NCBI GenBank assembly: GCA_965203295.1
Contig: CBDBCZ010000018.1
Location: 1,568,001-1,632,000, forward strand
Length of the DNA: 64,000 nucleotides
Direction of reading: 5' to 3'
Source: Nitrospirales bacterium
GTDB taxonomy: Bacteria; Nitrospirota; Nitrospiria; Nitrospirales; UBA8639
The position numbers and the translations under genes are program-made. Below, piece by piece: positions 12,841 through 24,120 of this stretch (within the stretch, counting starts at the first letter, position 1; the number at the start of each line of letters is the position of its first letter). Below the pieces are notes generated by a model that saw only the letters and a list, made by a program, of their open reading frames with translations, had not been told where the DNA came from and made no database searches.

Positions 12841-13881
12841 TTTGTACCATTTATTTACCTGCCACCCGGCTTAATGCTTTTGTATCTTTAGTTTGAAACA
12901 CTTTAGTTGACATGTAAATGCACTGTACGCATTCTTTTGTAGTTCTAATGTATACTTGCCGTACAGGTGTTGCTATAGCATTAGTTTTGGAACCACCCTA
13001 GTATTCATTCTGCTACTTCAAGTCGAGAAACACGGCCTCAATACTAAAACTCAAGACTAACAATGGGTAGAATATCTCCCCTAATTCAAACACAATGATT
13101 AAGCATATAAAGATATTGAAAATGTAGACGAGTGTCTATGTTGTCGAAAACGCTTACAATGACAACGAAACACTCCCGAAATTATACTAACAATAATTAT
13201 AAAGGTCACAAAATGCAGTGTATACAATTTGTCAGAAACGTTCACAACGAGCACAAACGTCCCCGAAATTCAAGCACAGCGATTGAGCATAATATTGATG
13301 TTATTGTAAATGCAGTACTGTAGTGTTACAGTATCTATTTTGTCACAAACGCTTACAAAGTAACAGACCTACCAGCTATCACATGTTAGTCATAGAACAA
13401 AGATAGCCATTGTTGTAATTGTTACAAAATATTAGTGTCAGACACCATTGTTTGGAAGACAGTATAAATAGTCCGTTGCATTTTGTGCATGTGAGTGATG
13501 TGATGTGTATACGTGCTACACTGGATACTGGAGTTGAGTTCTATATTATACTGAAGTTGAGTTTTGCGAAGAACCCGGCCCGCGACAAATGGGGGAGAAA
13601 TATCGAGCTGTTGACAGCACAATTTGCCGAACTGCGGCATAAAATTCTAGGGGCCCCTAATATTCTGGGGCCCCCCCGGGCCTAAAATTTTAAAATTCTA
13701 GGGCCCCCTCTCGCTCTTTAGGGCCCCCCCTAGAATATTGTAGTGCAAGTGACGAACGTGAGATTTAGAATAATACAAGCTAAGTACGGCATAAAAGTGA
13801 ATGTTAGATTGTGAAAATAGTGCAAGCAGAGTATCATAAAGTGCAAGACATAATTTAATACATGTATTGACAAGACATAAT

Positions 13882-14076
13882 TTATACTGAATCTAGAGTA
13901 AGACACCCAGTGTAGTGTAGTTGGTCATCTACAATGACAAAGTACTGCGCTCGTTTTCTCAGAGCTCGTTTGTCATCTTTAGAAAATGCTGAAGGATATT
14001 GCTTGTTGCTGACATAGTCATGAAGGGTCTTGAAGGTGAATCTTCCATCTGCTTTTGGGTCTGCTTCTGAGTCCAT
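13882..14076 (-). pseudogene. N-terminal fragment of a Ginger/gypsy-type integrase
   Basis: DYVSNKQYPSAFSKDDKRALRKRAQYFVIVDDQLHY matches the YL..G.YP......KR.LR..A..F.....L.Y pattern that precedes the integrase zinc-binding domain. Confidence 0.6.
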
Positions 14077-14429
14077 GATCAGCGCTTGAATGATGAATAT
14101 GTGTAGACCTAGCTGATCTCAATTTATACTCTCGCTGTGCCATGTCTCGACAGCTCTTGACATCCTACCTGGGATAACCTACCGCTATTAAACTTTCTTT
14201 GTAGATCCTGGGATAACTACGGTGGCCGATAGAGCCCTGCCAGCTGCCGATTTTCAACTTCCAACTTCCAACTTCCAACTTCCAGCTTCCAGCTTCTAAC
14301 TTCCAACTTCCTACTTCCAACTTCCAACTCCCAACTTCCTACTTCCTACTTCAGTTCGCTGAGGCAGGTGTTAATTGTACTAATAAATTACGCATGCGCA
14401 CTGCACGCGACGGCACTTTGACTCGCAGG

Positions 14430-17400
14430 ATGTCAAACGCTAGCGCTACTGCAAGGAAAGAGACGGGCAGAGATGCAAGTAAGGAGAGATTGCACATGCT
14501 GCATTGTAATTGTAATAAAAGACGCTGTCCCTCCAGACTATCTTATTTTAAAACTCATAGTTTTTTTTTGTCAGCAATTGCCAAGTATACATTCAGCAAG
14601 CCAAAGAAAGAAAAATGCAGCTCAGGAAACCGAAAGGTGGAACCGAAAAGAAGACAGAACAGTTTCAGGTACGTGAATAAACTTGCCTATAACATAAAAC
14701 TGTCTGCGTTGGTGGATTTTAAAAATGGAAAGGTGTTAATATTTAATAGGCAATATTATTCACAATTTAGCGAAGTGCAGATCAAAGGATTTGACACCAC
14801 TCCTCCGAAATGAATAATATTACATGTACATCGAGTATATATGCAACAGTAGATAATATACTATGATAGCAACATACAGCTGTGTATAAACATGCACTAG
14901 TAAAAAAGATGGATTGATGTGTAATGGGTTGTCTCTTTGTACGCCATGTGCACATTTATGTGCCCATATGAAATAGAAAAACATGTACTTTATATAATAT
15001 AAAAAGGCCAGTATAAATTCACATTAGCCTTATGGATGTATTAAAATTTGGCTGGGAAAGAGATAGTATAGTAACGTCTTTATAATTATTACTTCTAGTG
15101 GGCAGCTAGTTATAATAAAGTATTAGTACGACAGTAGTGTAAGCCAGCTGTCAGTAGTTCTGGTCTCCCTCTCAGTATAGTCTCTGCTGATTCCATGCAT
15201 GGGTGCATGCTGATGTATGGCCAATGTACATGTACAAATGTTGTTTTGCCACATTTGTTGTGTGCACTCCTGCTGGTACTTGCAAAGCTGGTACATTCAC
15301 ACTGGCTTGATGCTAATACTTGGCAATGCAGTCTTGGTCTCTACCTTCATTTATAGCAGTGCAATTATAGCTGCACAGACAGATCTCAATTTACGGCCAA
15401 TCTAATACTGCATGTGAGAGTTGCCTCTGCTAGTCTGCTTACCCTTGTATAATTGGGGCAAGCCTTAATTTGCGATCCCCATGCACACTAGCAGGTTGGC
15501 AAGTGTTCAGCTATACCTACACTTTGTTGCATGGGTATTCCTTCGATCTGCCCAACACTTCTCACCAATAAGTTTATATACAGGGTGTGATATTTTCATG
15601 CTAACTTCATTCCTTTATCTACTTCCTTCCAAATTCATCCTTCCAACTTCTACCTTCCATCTACTTCCTTCCAACTTCATCCTTCCTACTTCTACCTTCC
15701 ATCTACTTCCTTCCAACTTCATCCTACCAACTTCTACCTTCCATCTACTTCCTCCCAACTTCTACCTTCCATTTACTTTTCATTCCAACTTCATCCTTCC
15801 AACTTCCTCCTAATTTTATCTTTCAATTCCATTGCAGCATTGTATGTATATGTATATATATATGTATATATCATATAGCATATTCTTCTGTAGAGTCAAA
15901 TAATTATTTAACTTGTACTTAACTTTAGATCACTGTTGGCCGGATGACTGAATACGAGAGTCGGCGCAAACGACCAATGCTAGACCGAGCATTTGGCACC
16001 AGAAAAATCTTTATCTTCAAGGAAGCCTCATACAAGCGTGTTCTGGAAAAGTGTCGCAGTGCTGTATTTCCTGAAACAGAAGAGGGTGCTGAATATTATT
16101 TGGCTGACTCTGGTGGGGTTAGGGTTGAAAACACGCTGATAATTGATGAACCAGATGGCAGGGATCGGGAGCTACCATGGACGCTTGAAAGTTACCTGCA
16201 AGTGTCACGAATCAAATACCAATCAAAGGCTAGATTCAATGTGGTCAAGAGGAAGGTTTCTATTGGTAAGCTGTTGGGGAAACGAACCTTGCTATGTACG
16301 TTGTTAATCATTGGGTTAAGTCATTTATAGGTGATGAAGAACAGACAACAACTCACGATCTGACAGAGGATACAACTCCCGCAGTGGCTGAAGGAGCACA
16401 AGAGAAGCAGCTTCCAACAACCACACCAACTGCGGTCAAGCCCACATCTGTTCCAGGCATAGCAACAATCCAACCTTCCCCTGCTTCTCTCAGGCCACCT
16501 ACACCCACAGCTAGTGAATCTGAGCCAATGGACATAGTCCCGGATGAAGGTATTGCTAGTGGTAAGCTAATGTCAGATAGATTTAATTTAAATGCTTGCA
16601 TGTGTTTGATTCTTGTAGGAAAAACAGCTGTTACACTACCCCTTTTTCTGGTGATGAAGAGGAGTCCATATTCTGTGAAGTTTTCAGCCATTAATCAGAT
16701 TTCACAAGCTGATGTTCTTGGGTTCTACCAAGAATCTGATGTGGATTTAAAACACGAAGTCCAAGAAGCCATCATCACTTTTCAAAGTCCGTTTGCGCTA
16801 GTGAGGCCTGAAAATCCATGTCACATATGGGCGTTTACTTTTCAGCTCTTGAGCGAGGTAATAGCTATCTCTTATACGACTTCTATTAAACTGTATCACT
16901 GATGTGGCTTTTTATCTGCAAAACTAAAGGTTATACTTCTTTGATTAGCACTATTACTACATAGTTATGGTTGTATTGCAACATCTGTATGTTTGTGTAT
17001 GTAGGGGATGACATCCTGGATTTCATCGATACCATTAATTTGGAGACTGGGGAAGTCAAGTACAAAGGCCCCAATAAGGTCATACTGCATGTCTCTCATT
17101 TCTGTCCAGCCATGGGTTTATATGCACTTCGTTATTTACCTCGTGATGCGTATATGCAAGCGGGGTAAGAAATTAGTTTTCTCCATCTGGTGTTCGTTGT
17201 GTGTCATCTAAAAAATGTTTTCATAACATGCGATTCATCACTGAGTGGCTATAACAGTTTCAAAGCAGGAGATTTACAATTACTGAATTCGTAGTGGTAA
17301 AGCTTACTACTGTAAAACTGTTTGAATTTTGACTGTAATTCACTGTATCTCAGTATTGACGTAAAGCATGCAGTGCAGGGTATGTCTTCTTTGAAGACCT

Positions 17401-19920
17401 AGTTTTTCCTAGTCTCGCGGGCCAGCCCACTTCCGCTTAGAGGGAAGGTGGTCTGGGGAGCTGCCATACTGGCATACGTCCTGCCGGAATTTAATTAGTT
17501 GCGCAACAGCCGCATGTTAGCGTGGGATAATTACCACATGTGAATTTATGAGTGGCTATCGTCTATTGCTCTACTACCCTATAGCTCTGTTACGGAGCTA
17601 TATTATCTGTGGTACTACATTGTACTTAGTACGGCAGCGCAAGCGGTGCGACGACACGATGGAATCAGATGTTTTCTGCCTTGACTGTGGCTGCAAGATT
17701 TGCAGGGAGACGGAAAGCGCTGTGCGGTGCCGCTTCTTTACTAATGTGGGGGGAGATCTTCGACACAAAGCTGCAAGAACTAGGAAAGGAGGCTGATAAA
17801 CAAGCTTTGACTCTTAGCAGCCGCTCTCTCGATCTCTGCTACACTCCAACTTATGACGCTTCACTTGGTAAGTCTGTTTGCTCTGCTCTTGCTCAATAGA
17901 ACTAGATGGTTTTGTCAATAGATCTCTTCGTCGCTGAATATTGCTATCAAAAAAAGTGACTCTACATGTACTACTGCCAACATAGCACTGTACGGCTAAC
18001 GCGTAATCTTCCCGTTAATTGCATACTTCATATATCATGTGACTGAATACTGCACTGTGATTGGATCGCACTCCAGAGAGCGGCAGGACGTTTGCCTGTA
18101 TGGCAATTCCCCAGACCACCTTCCCTCTAAGCGGAAGTGGGCTGGCCCGCGAGACTAAGTTTTTCCATGCAGGTGCTGAATTCGAACTGCTGGTTCAGGG
18201 AAACTCCCCAAATAGCTCCGTGGCTGTTCTGATTTGTGTGGCCCTGAATGGATTTCATGCCCTGGTGAAGTATCATTGGCACAGAGACAACCTAGCTAGA
18301 CGTTTACCCAGTCGTATACACAGAAGCCAGTGGGTGTTACAAATGCACTGTTACGGGAGAGGATGGCAGTATTCTTGCAACGAAAGAGTTTGAAGTGAAA
18401 CGTAAGCATACAAATGCACTTTTACAAGTACTCATACTGTTTCCTATACTTTCACTAATTCTCTAACAGGACAAGATGATAAGCTAGCAGTATCACTGGT
18501 ACAGCCACAGATTGTACAATTGTCCAGAGGTAGGATACCCGGTATGACTGTGTGGTACATGCACACGTGCAAACCTACCTACCTTTGTCATATAGCCTGC
18601 AGTGAAGTCCGAGACGATGATTTGCTATTCACAGCTGAAGATTTCCAAGGTAGAGGATTAGCAGTCCTGTACTTGCAAACAATGTTATCCTACTAGTTCT
18701 AGTATGTTCTCTATAATTACATGTAATGTATTGTGCTTGTACAGACCCAACAACTGTACGACTTCTAGAAGTCATTGGAAGTGGAAGCTATGGAGTGGTA
18801 CACAAAGCTGTTTGGAGGGGATCGATTGTGGCTGCGAAAGTGATCAATGCACCCGAGCCAGCAAAAGCTGTAGCTCTGAGAGAAATTGACGCCTTCAAGT
18901 GAGTCTAACTCTCTTAATTTTTTTCAGAATGTCGACATTTCATACTTACATGTAGCACATGTATTATAGCCGCTTCACTCCCCATGCAGCTTTGTAGTAC
19001 CTCTCTGCATGAGGGGGTATGGGATAGTATATGACATTCAATTTTGAATTGTTAATTCCCAAAACAATAAACATGTATACAACATTTCTATGATGCTTAT
19101 CAGTATATTTAATGGTTTGTGCAGGCGAGTGCAACATCCAAACATTCTGTGCTTAATGGGGACCATTGTACAAGGTGGAAGTCTCATGGTCATAACTAAC
19201 CTTGTGCGAGGAAAACATCTCCATGCCCTTCTATTCAGCTCGGATGCAAAGCAGGTAATTATGTGATCCCCAGCAATCTACTAGTGGCACAGCATTTCAC
19301 TACCTTTTTTTTGAACAGATGGTCCGTGGCACAAAATTGAGCATTGCCATCCAAGTAGCACAAGCGATACTGTTTCTACATACAGCTACCCCACCAACTA
19401 TCCATTTGGATATAAAGCCAGCAAACATCCTAGTGAGTCATAACATAAGTACGTAGTATATAGTACGTACAGCTAGGTATCCTACTGTATGAAAGTATAT
19501 ATAGTGACATCGATGCCACTATGCGTATTTCTTCCTCAGGTACAGACAGTAGATCAACATGTGTACTTAGCTGATTTTGGTTTGGCCCGGGTGCTCTCGA
19601 CGACAGAGATGCTGGGGACTCAAACGCTACAGGCAGGGACACCAGGGTTTCAGGCTCCAGAACAGCTGAAAGCCGAAACTGTTGACCAGTTATGTGATGT
19701 GTATGCTTTTGGTGTGGTTTTGATAGAGCTGTTTGAAGGAAAGCCAGTATGGGAAGGATTGAACCACTTTCAGATTATGTGTAAGGTGGCGGTGGAGGGA
19801 GTGTCGCTGGATTGTAGCCACCTTCCTAGTGACATTCAGAGGGTATGCAAAATGTGTGTTGTGGAAAGGCCTTCCCGGAGGCCCATTGCTGTCATCTTTG
19901 AAGCCATTCTAAAACTGTAA
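14430..19920 (+). CDS. Multi-exon gene: N-terminal domain, Pro/Thr linker, Ig-like domain and TKL-like protein kinase; one 4-bp frameshift at ~18295
   Basis: Phase-consistent GT-AG kinase exons 18745-18898 (IGSGSYGVVHKAVWRGSIVAAK), 19125-19254 (QHPNIL), 19319-19432 (IHLDIKPANIL), 19540-19920 (DFG, GTPGFQAPE, DVYAFG). Upstream exons at ~14430, 14574, 15930, 16330, 16619, 17005, 18173, 18470 and 18596 are less certain. The Ig-like exon reads VLICVALNG..YHWHRD..YKCTV. Confidence 0.82.
15605..15815. repeat. ~42-bp pyrimidine-rich tandem repeat in an intron
   Basis: CCATCTACTTCCTTCCAACTTCATCCTTCCAACTTCTACCTT repeated about 4-5 times. Confidence 0.9.
17410..18157. mobile_element. Non-autonomous Academ-type element in a kinase-gene intron
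   Basis: TIR TAGTCTCGCGGGCCAGCCCACTTCCGCTTAGAGGGAAGGTGGTCTGGGGA. 9-bp TSD AGTTTTTCC (17401-17409, 18158-18166). Confidence 0.92.
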
Positions 19921-20204
19921 GAACTCTTACAGAACTGTTGGGTCTCAGTATTATGTGAGCAAACTCTTATGTTATATCATTTACCTTTCAGTAAACATGA
20001 TTGCCTATCCAATTGAGTCGGGATGAGTCCACCATTGCTTCCTGTCATTGACTGTCTGCATATTGTCATTCATACTTTGTCAGCTCCTTTATTGTCTTTA
20101 CAGCTTCTTTACAATGAATATTGTCAAATCTTTTTGGTGAAATCCGAAATCAACTATACTGTCGTGCGCACAATACAAACTAAGTGAGAGAGTTAAATAA
20201 AACT

Positions 20205-22136
20205 TTACCACCCAATGGCATCTTCTACCAATACCGTCAGTTCAGTGTAGAAATTCAAAGCATCTCCAATATTTTCTGGAAAGCAAAGTTCATTTTCACT
20301 CATCAGTAGGTCCGCAAGAACAAGAAATTCATAAGATCCTGGAGGGTCTGGAGCACTGGCATGCATATGTGCATACCTAAGGTCTGCCTGATCAACAGAG
20401 CATAGACCATCTTCTGCTCCTGTATAGTGATAGGAGTGAGTATTCACCGCATCTAATACTGTTCTAAAATTGATATTTACCTGAAACAGAAGGCATAAAA
20501 AACAGTTCCTCTAGGACACCCGGAGGTGATCCTCCCGATCGGTATGGACGTATAGGGTGAGTATTCCATTCATAGGCAACTTGTGTCAGTTCTTTCTTGA
20601 GGATATCCATAAACGATAAACGTAAACAGTCACTACATGGCCAGGGTGAAATTTTTTTCATATAAATATAAAAAATTAGTCCATGTATATGTATTACATA
20701 CATATGAACAGGGTTTAATTCATCAAAAAGCCCTTGTGTCTTCAGGCTCTGTTAAATATGAAGCACAAATTAGTACACTGCACATCCTAATCACTATACC
20801 AAGCAATCACATACCCGAAAGAACTCCATCCACCAATCTGCATTCCATCTTCTCAAAATTCCCCACCATGCTTCAATTCTCTGTATAATGTTAGCAAATT
20901 AGTTATTACTCGCACTGTCATATGTATCTAATTTTGCCTTACCTGGTTTGAAACAGACCGGCCATATCTGAAACTGTGCTCTCCAGCCAGAGGGTCTGTT
21001 CCATTTCTTCGCAAAAATGGCTGTAGATATGCTAGCTTAGAATTCTCAGTTCCCAAATCACACCTAAGCAACCGTGGATAACCTATATAACGTGGAAGTA
21101 AAACAAAGTTGCATTGGACAGTCAATTTATACTGATTAACAAGCATACGTACATAATGTCTTGTATATGTGTATATACCTCCAAGTTGCTTAACAGCCTC
21201 AAGGTAGTGATAAGCAATGACACTAGGGTCACTGTTGGAGGTTCCCACTTCCAGCCATATAACTCTTCTGGAGTATCTGCATACAGAGCATAACTTCTTC
21301 ATCATAAAAATTTAATTCCTCTTTGGAATATTTTCACTTTTGATACTTACCCATCTATACAGCCATGAATGGGAAAGCCATAAGGCTTTAATTTGTCATA
21401 ATTGTCGCAGTGCCATACATAGTTGGGACCCTATAATCACAATGTGCAAAAGCATTAAATAGGACACCAAAACCTTTGGGTACATCAATTATCACTCTAG
21501 TACATGTACCATATGATAATTAACCAAGGAATTGACCTTTGAATAGTAAGTACGTCTCTGAAGTCTGTGCTGCCTTCTCATGAGACTGTCATTGGGACTT
21601 AACTGCCTCAAAACTCTCATCACCGTGTCCCTGTTATGGAGAGTTTAATTTTATCTCATCTTAATTTATCTTAAGCTGCATACCGTACCGTGATACAGGC
21701 ATCATATATTTCTGCCTAACCCTTCTCCACAACGCCCTGTAACCCAGCTGACTTCCAGATGTCTTCAATTCGTCCTATATATATACACAATGCATATTAT
21801 AACTGCATAAAATCTAATTTGCTCATTTGTAACTATATACTCACTCGAATAAGGTGGGAAACGAGCTGTAGTTGAGATGCTGACGGAGGTAATCTCCTGA
21901 AGAGACCGAGATCTTTCAGCACTCGCCTGAGCTGTTTAACAGACAACAAGATTCTGTGTAGCTACAGTATACAGAAACATGACTATTAGCTTGTAACTGT
22001 AGCCTGCATGGAAATACACTGCTACAAGCTGTTCTTGAGTAAGCCCACTGGACAAAGCTGGAGATGGCACTACAGCAACACCTAAGCCACTGCAGCCCAG
22101 GATCAGCAAACACACAGTAATGACTGTAGCTAGCAT
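20205..22136 (-). CDS. IS3EU-type DDE (integrase core) transposase, ~10 exons; one 4-bp frameshift at ~21960
   Basis: Spliced translation contains GPNYVWHCDNYDKLKPYGFPIHGCIDGYSRR, PRLLRCDLGTEN, RSVSNQRIEAWW and WNTHPIR, with the D-D-E triad present. The N-terminal HTH-like region reads QEQLVAVYFHAGYSY..HRILLSVKQLRRVLKDLGL. Confidence 0.88.
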
Positions 22137-22210
22137 TGTCGTTGACCAAGTACTGCTTTATTGCATAGTGCGCATGCGCACATGGATGAACGCGTGGCGG
22201 TATTATTAAG

Positions 22211-23415
22211 TACGGTGGCCGAGAGGGACACTTCCAAAATCGACTTTTACATATTTGACTTTCGACTTTAAAAAATGCGACTTTCGACTTTCCACTTCTC
22301 GAATCTTGACTTTTGACTTTCACAAATCCGACTTTCGACTCTCACAAATCCGACTTTCGACTTTCGGCTTTTACAAATCCGACTTTTGACTTTCGACTTT
22401 TACAAATCCGACTTTCGACTTTCACAATAGCGACTTCGGAATTTCAACTTTCGACTTTCACAAATCTGACTTTCGACTTTTGACTTTCACAAATCCGACT
22501 TTTACAAATGCGACTTCGGAATTTCAGCTTTGGACTTTCACAAATTTGACTTAGAAATTTTCATTTCTCGAAACTTGACTTTCGACTTTAACATGGAGAT
22601 ATAGATAGTCTCGCAAGTCAAACCAGACTATGCAATTTGGTTCTCGACGGGTAAGGGGGCGGTGGCCCATCCTTGCAGGGCTAGTCACGTGTCGGAGATG
22701 TGACCTCGTGGAATTGACCAGTACTCGTTGCATCCCAGATATTAGCCTTTTGGTGTATAGGACGACCTTTTCCTTTGGTAAAGTCAACGATCTGGGATGC
22801 AACGGTATAGTCAACGATCTGGGATGCAACGAGTACTGGTCAATTCCACGTGGTCACATCTCCGACACGTGACTAGCCCTGCAAGGATGAGCCACCGCCC
22901 CCTTCCCCGTCGAGAACCAAATTGCATAGTCTGGTTTGACTTGCGAGACTATCTATACCATGTTAAAGTCGAAAGTCAAGTTTCGAGAAATGAAAATTTC
23001 TAAGTTGAAAGTCCAAAGCTGAAATTCCGAAGTTGCTATTGTGAAAGTCGAAAGTCGCATTTGTAAAGGTCGAAAGTCAAAAGTCGGATTTGTAAAAGTC
23101 GAAAGTCGAAAGTCGGATTTGTAAAAGTCGAAAGTCGAAAGTCGAAAGTCGGATTTGTAAAAGTCGAAAGTCGAAAGTCGGATTTGTAAAAGTCGAAAGT
23201 CGAAAGTCGAAAGTCGGATTTGTAAAAGTCGAAAGTCAAAAGTCGGATTTGTGAAAGTCGAAAGCCGAAATTCATGCAAAGTGGAAGTCCGAAGTCGCAT
23301 TTGTGAAAGTCGAAAGTCAAGATTCGACAAATGGAAAGTCGAAAGTCGCATTTTTGAAAGTCAAAAGTCAAATATGTAAAAGTCGAGTTTGGAAGTGTCC
23401 CTCTCGGCCACCGTA
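22211..23415. mobile_element. Non-autonomous IS3EU-type foldback element (1.2-kb near-palindrome)
   Basis: TACGGTGGCCGAGAGGGACACTTCCAAA...(GACTTTC)n arms. 6-bp TSD ATTAAG (22205-22210, 23416-23421). The centre 22606-22951 is itself a TAGTCTCGC...GCGAGACTA inverted repeat. Confidence 0.92.
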
Positions 23416-24120
23416 ATTAAGCGCTCAGGAGTAGGAAGTTGGAAGTTGGAAGTTAGAAGCTGGAAGTTGGAAGTTGGAAGTTGGAAGTTGGAAGTTGGAA
23501 GTTGGAAGTTGAAAATCGGCAGCTGGCAGGGCTCTATCGGCCACCGTAGATAACCTTTGTAGATCCTGGGATAACCTTTGTAGATCCTGGGATATTGTTC
23601 AACCTACGCGCGCTGGGGGGGGGGGGGGGGGGGGGCATTCTCACAATGGGGGCCTCAGGATTTTAGCGAGTATGGGGCCCCTCGGCCCTAAAATTATAGG
23701 GCCGGGGGGCCTATGATTTTAATATTTTGGGGCCGGGGGCCCCGATTTATGGGGGGGCCCATTTTCACATGACACCGGAAGACGGCGTCAGACGCAGGAG
23801 AGTGCCCGTGCTCCAGAGAGGCATAACGCCGAGCCAGCCGGGAGAGCACAGAGACTGGAGACTACTGGAGTCCAGAGAAGCTCTCCGCCTCTCATCAAAT
23901 GCCCTGAGGCTGTGTCTCGAGGTGAGCAATTAAGTATACAGTCATCTCTGCAATTTGCGCATACTTTGAATAGTATTTACCCAATGGCATCTGCCACTAG
24001 TCTCGTACCCAGAGCCCTCCCCCCCGCGGTAAAGTAGGGAAAAGTAAAACGAAGGGAGGGTCTGGGAGATTGCGTTACCGCTACGCGTATCTCCGCCGGA
24101 ATGCTGGCGGAGCCAATTAA

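Larger units (their letters stand above)
9120..13370 (+). repeat. Degenerate ~93-bp minisatellite block, copy 1 (interrupted by other sequences)
   Basis: Unit approximately GAAAATGCAGTGTATATATCTTGTCAGAAACGCTTACAAAGAGCAGAAACGTTCCCAAAATTCAAACACAATGATTTAGCATATAAGGGTATT. Largely colinear with 30060-32810. Confidence 0.9.
14218..23548. mobile_element. IS3EU-type DNA transposon (9.3 kb) carrying transposase and kinase genes
   Basis: TIR TACGGTGGCCGATAGAGCCCTGCCAGCTGCCGATTTTC(AACTTCC)n at both ends. 6-bp TSD GATAAC (14212-14217, 23549-23554). Removing the element restores a 21-bp tandem repeat CTTTGTAGATCCTGGGATAAC. Confidence 0.92.
13633..23774 (-). mobile_element. Ginger-like DNA transposon relic hosting the IS3EU insertion
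   Basis: Degenerate GGGCCC-rich inverted termini (13633-13735 and 23645-23774). The right end ...CATGACA is followed by CCGG, a Ginger-type target. The left TSD is not recognisable. Confidence 0.55.

Noticed and set aside
22953..23371. Repetitive ORFs (FRLSTF.../DFRL...)
   Set aside because: Translations of the (GACTTTC)n arms of a MITE.
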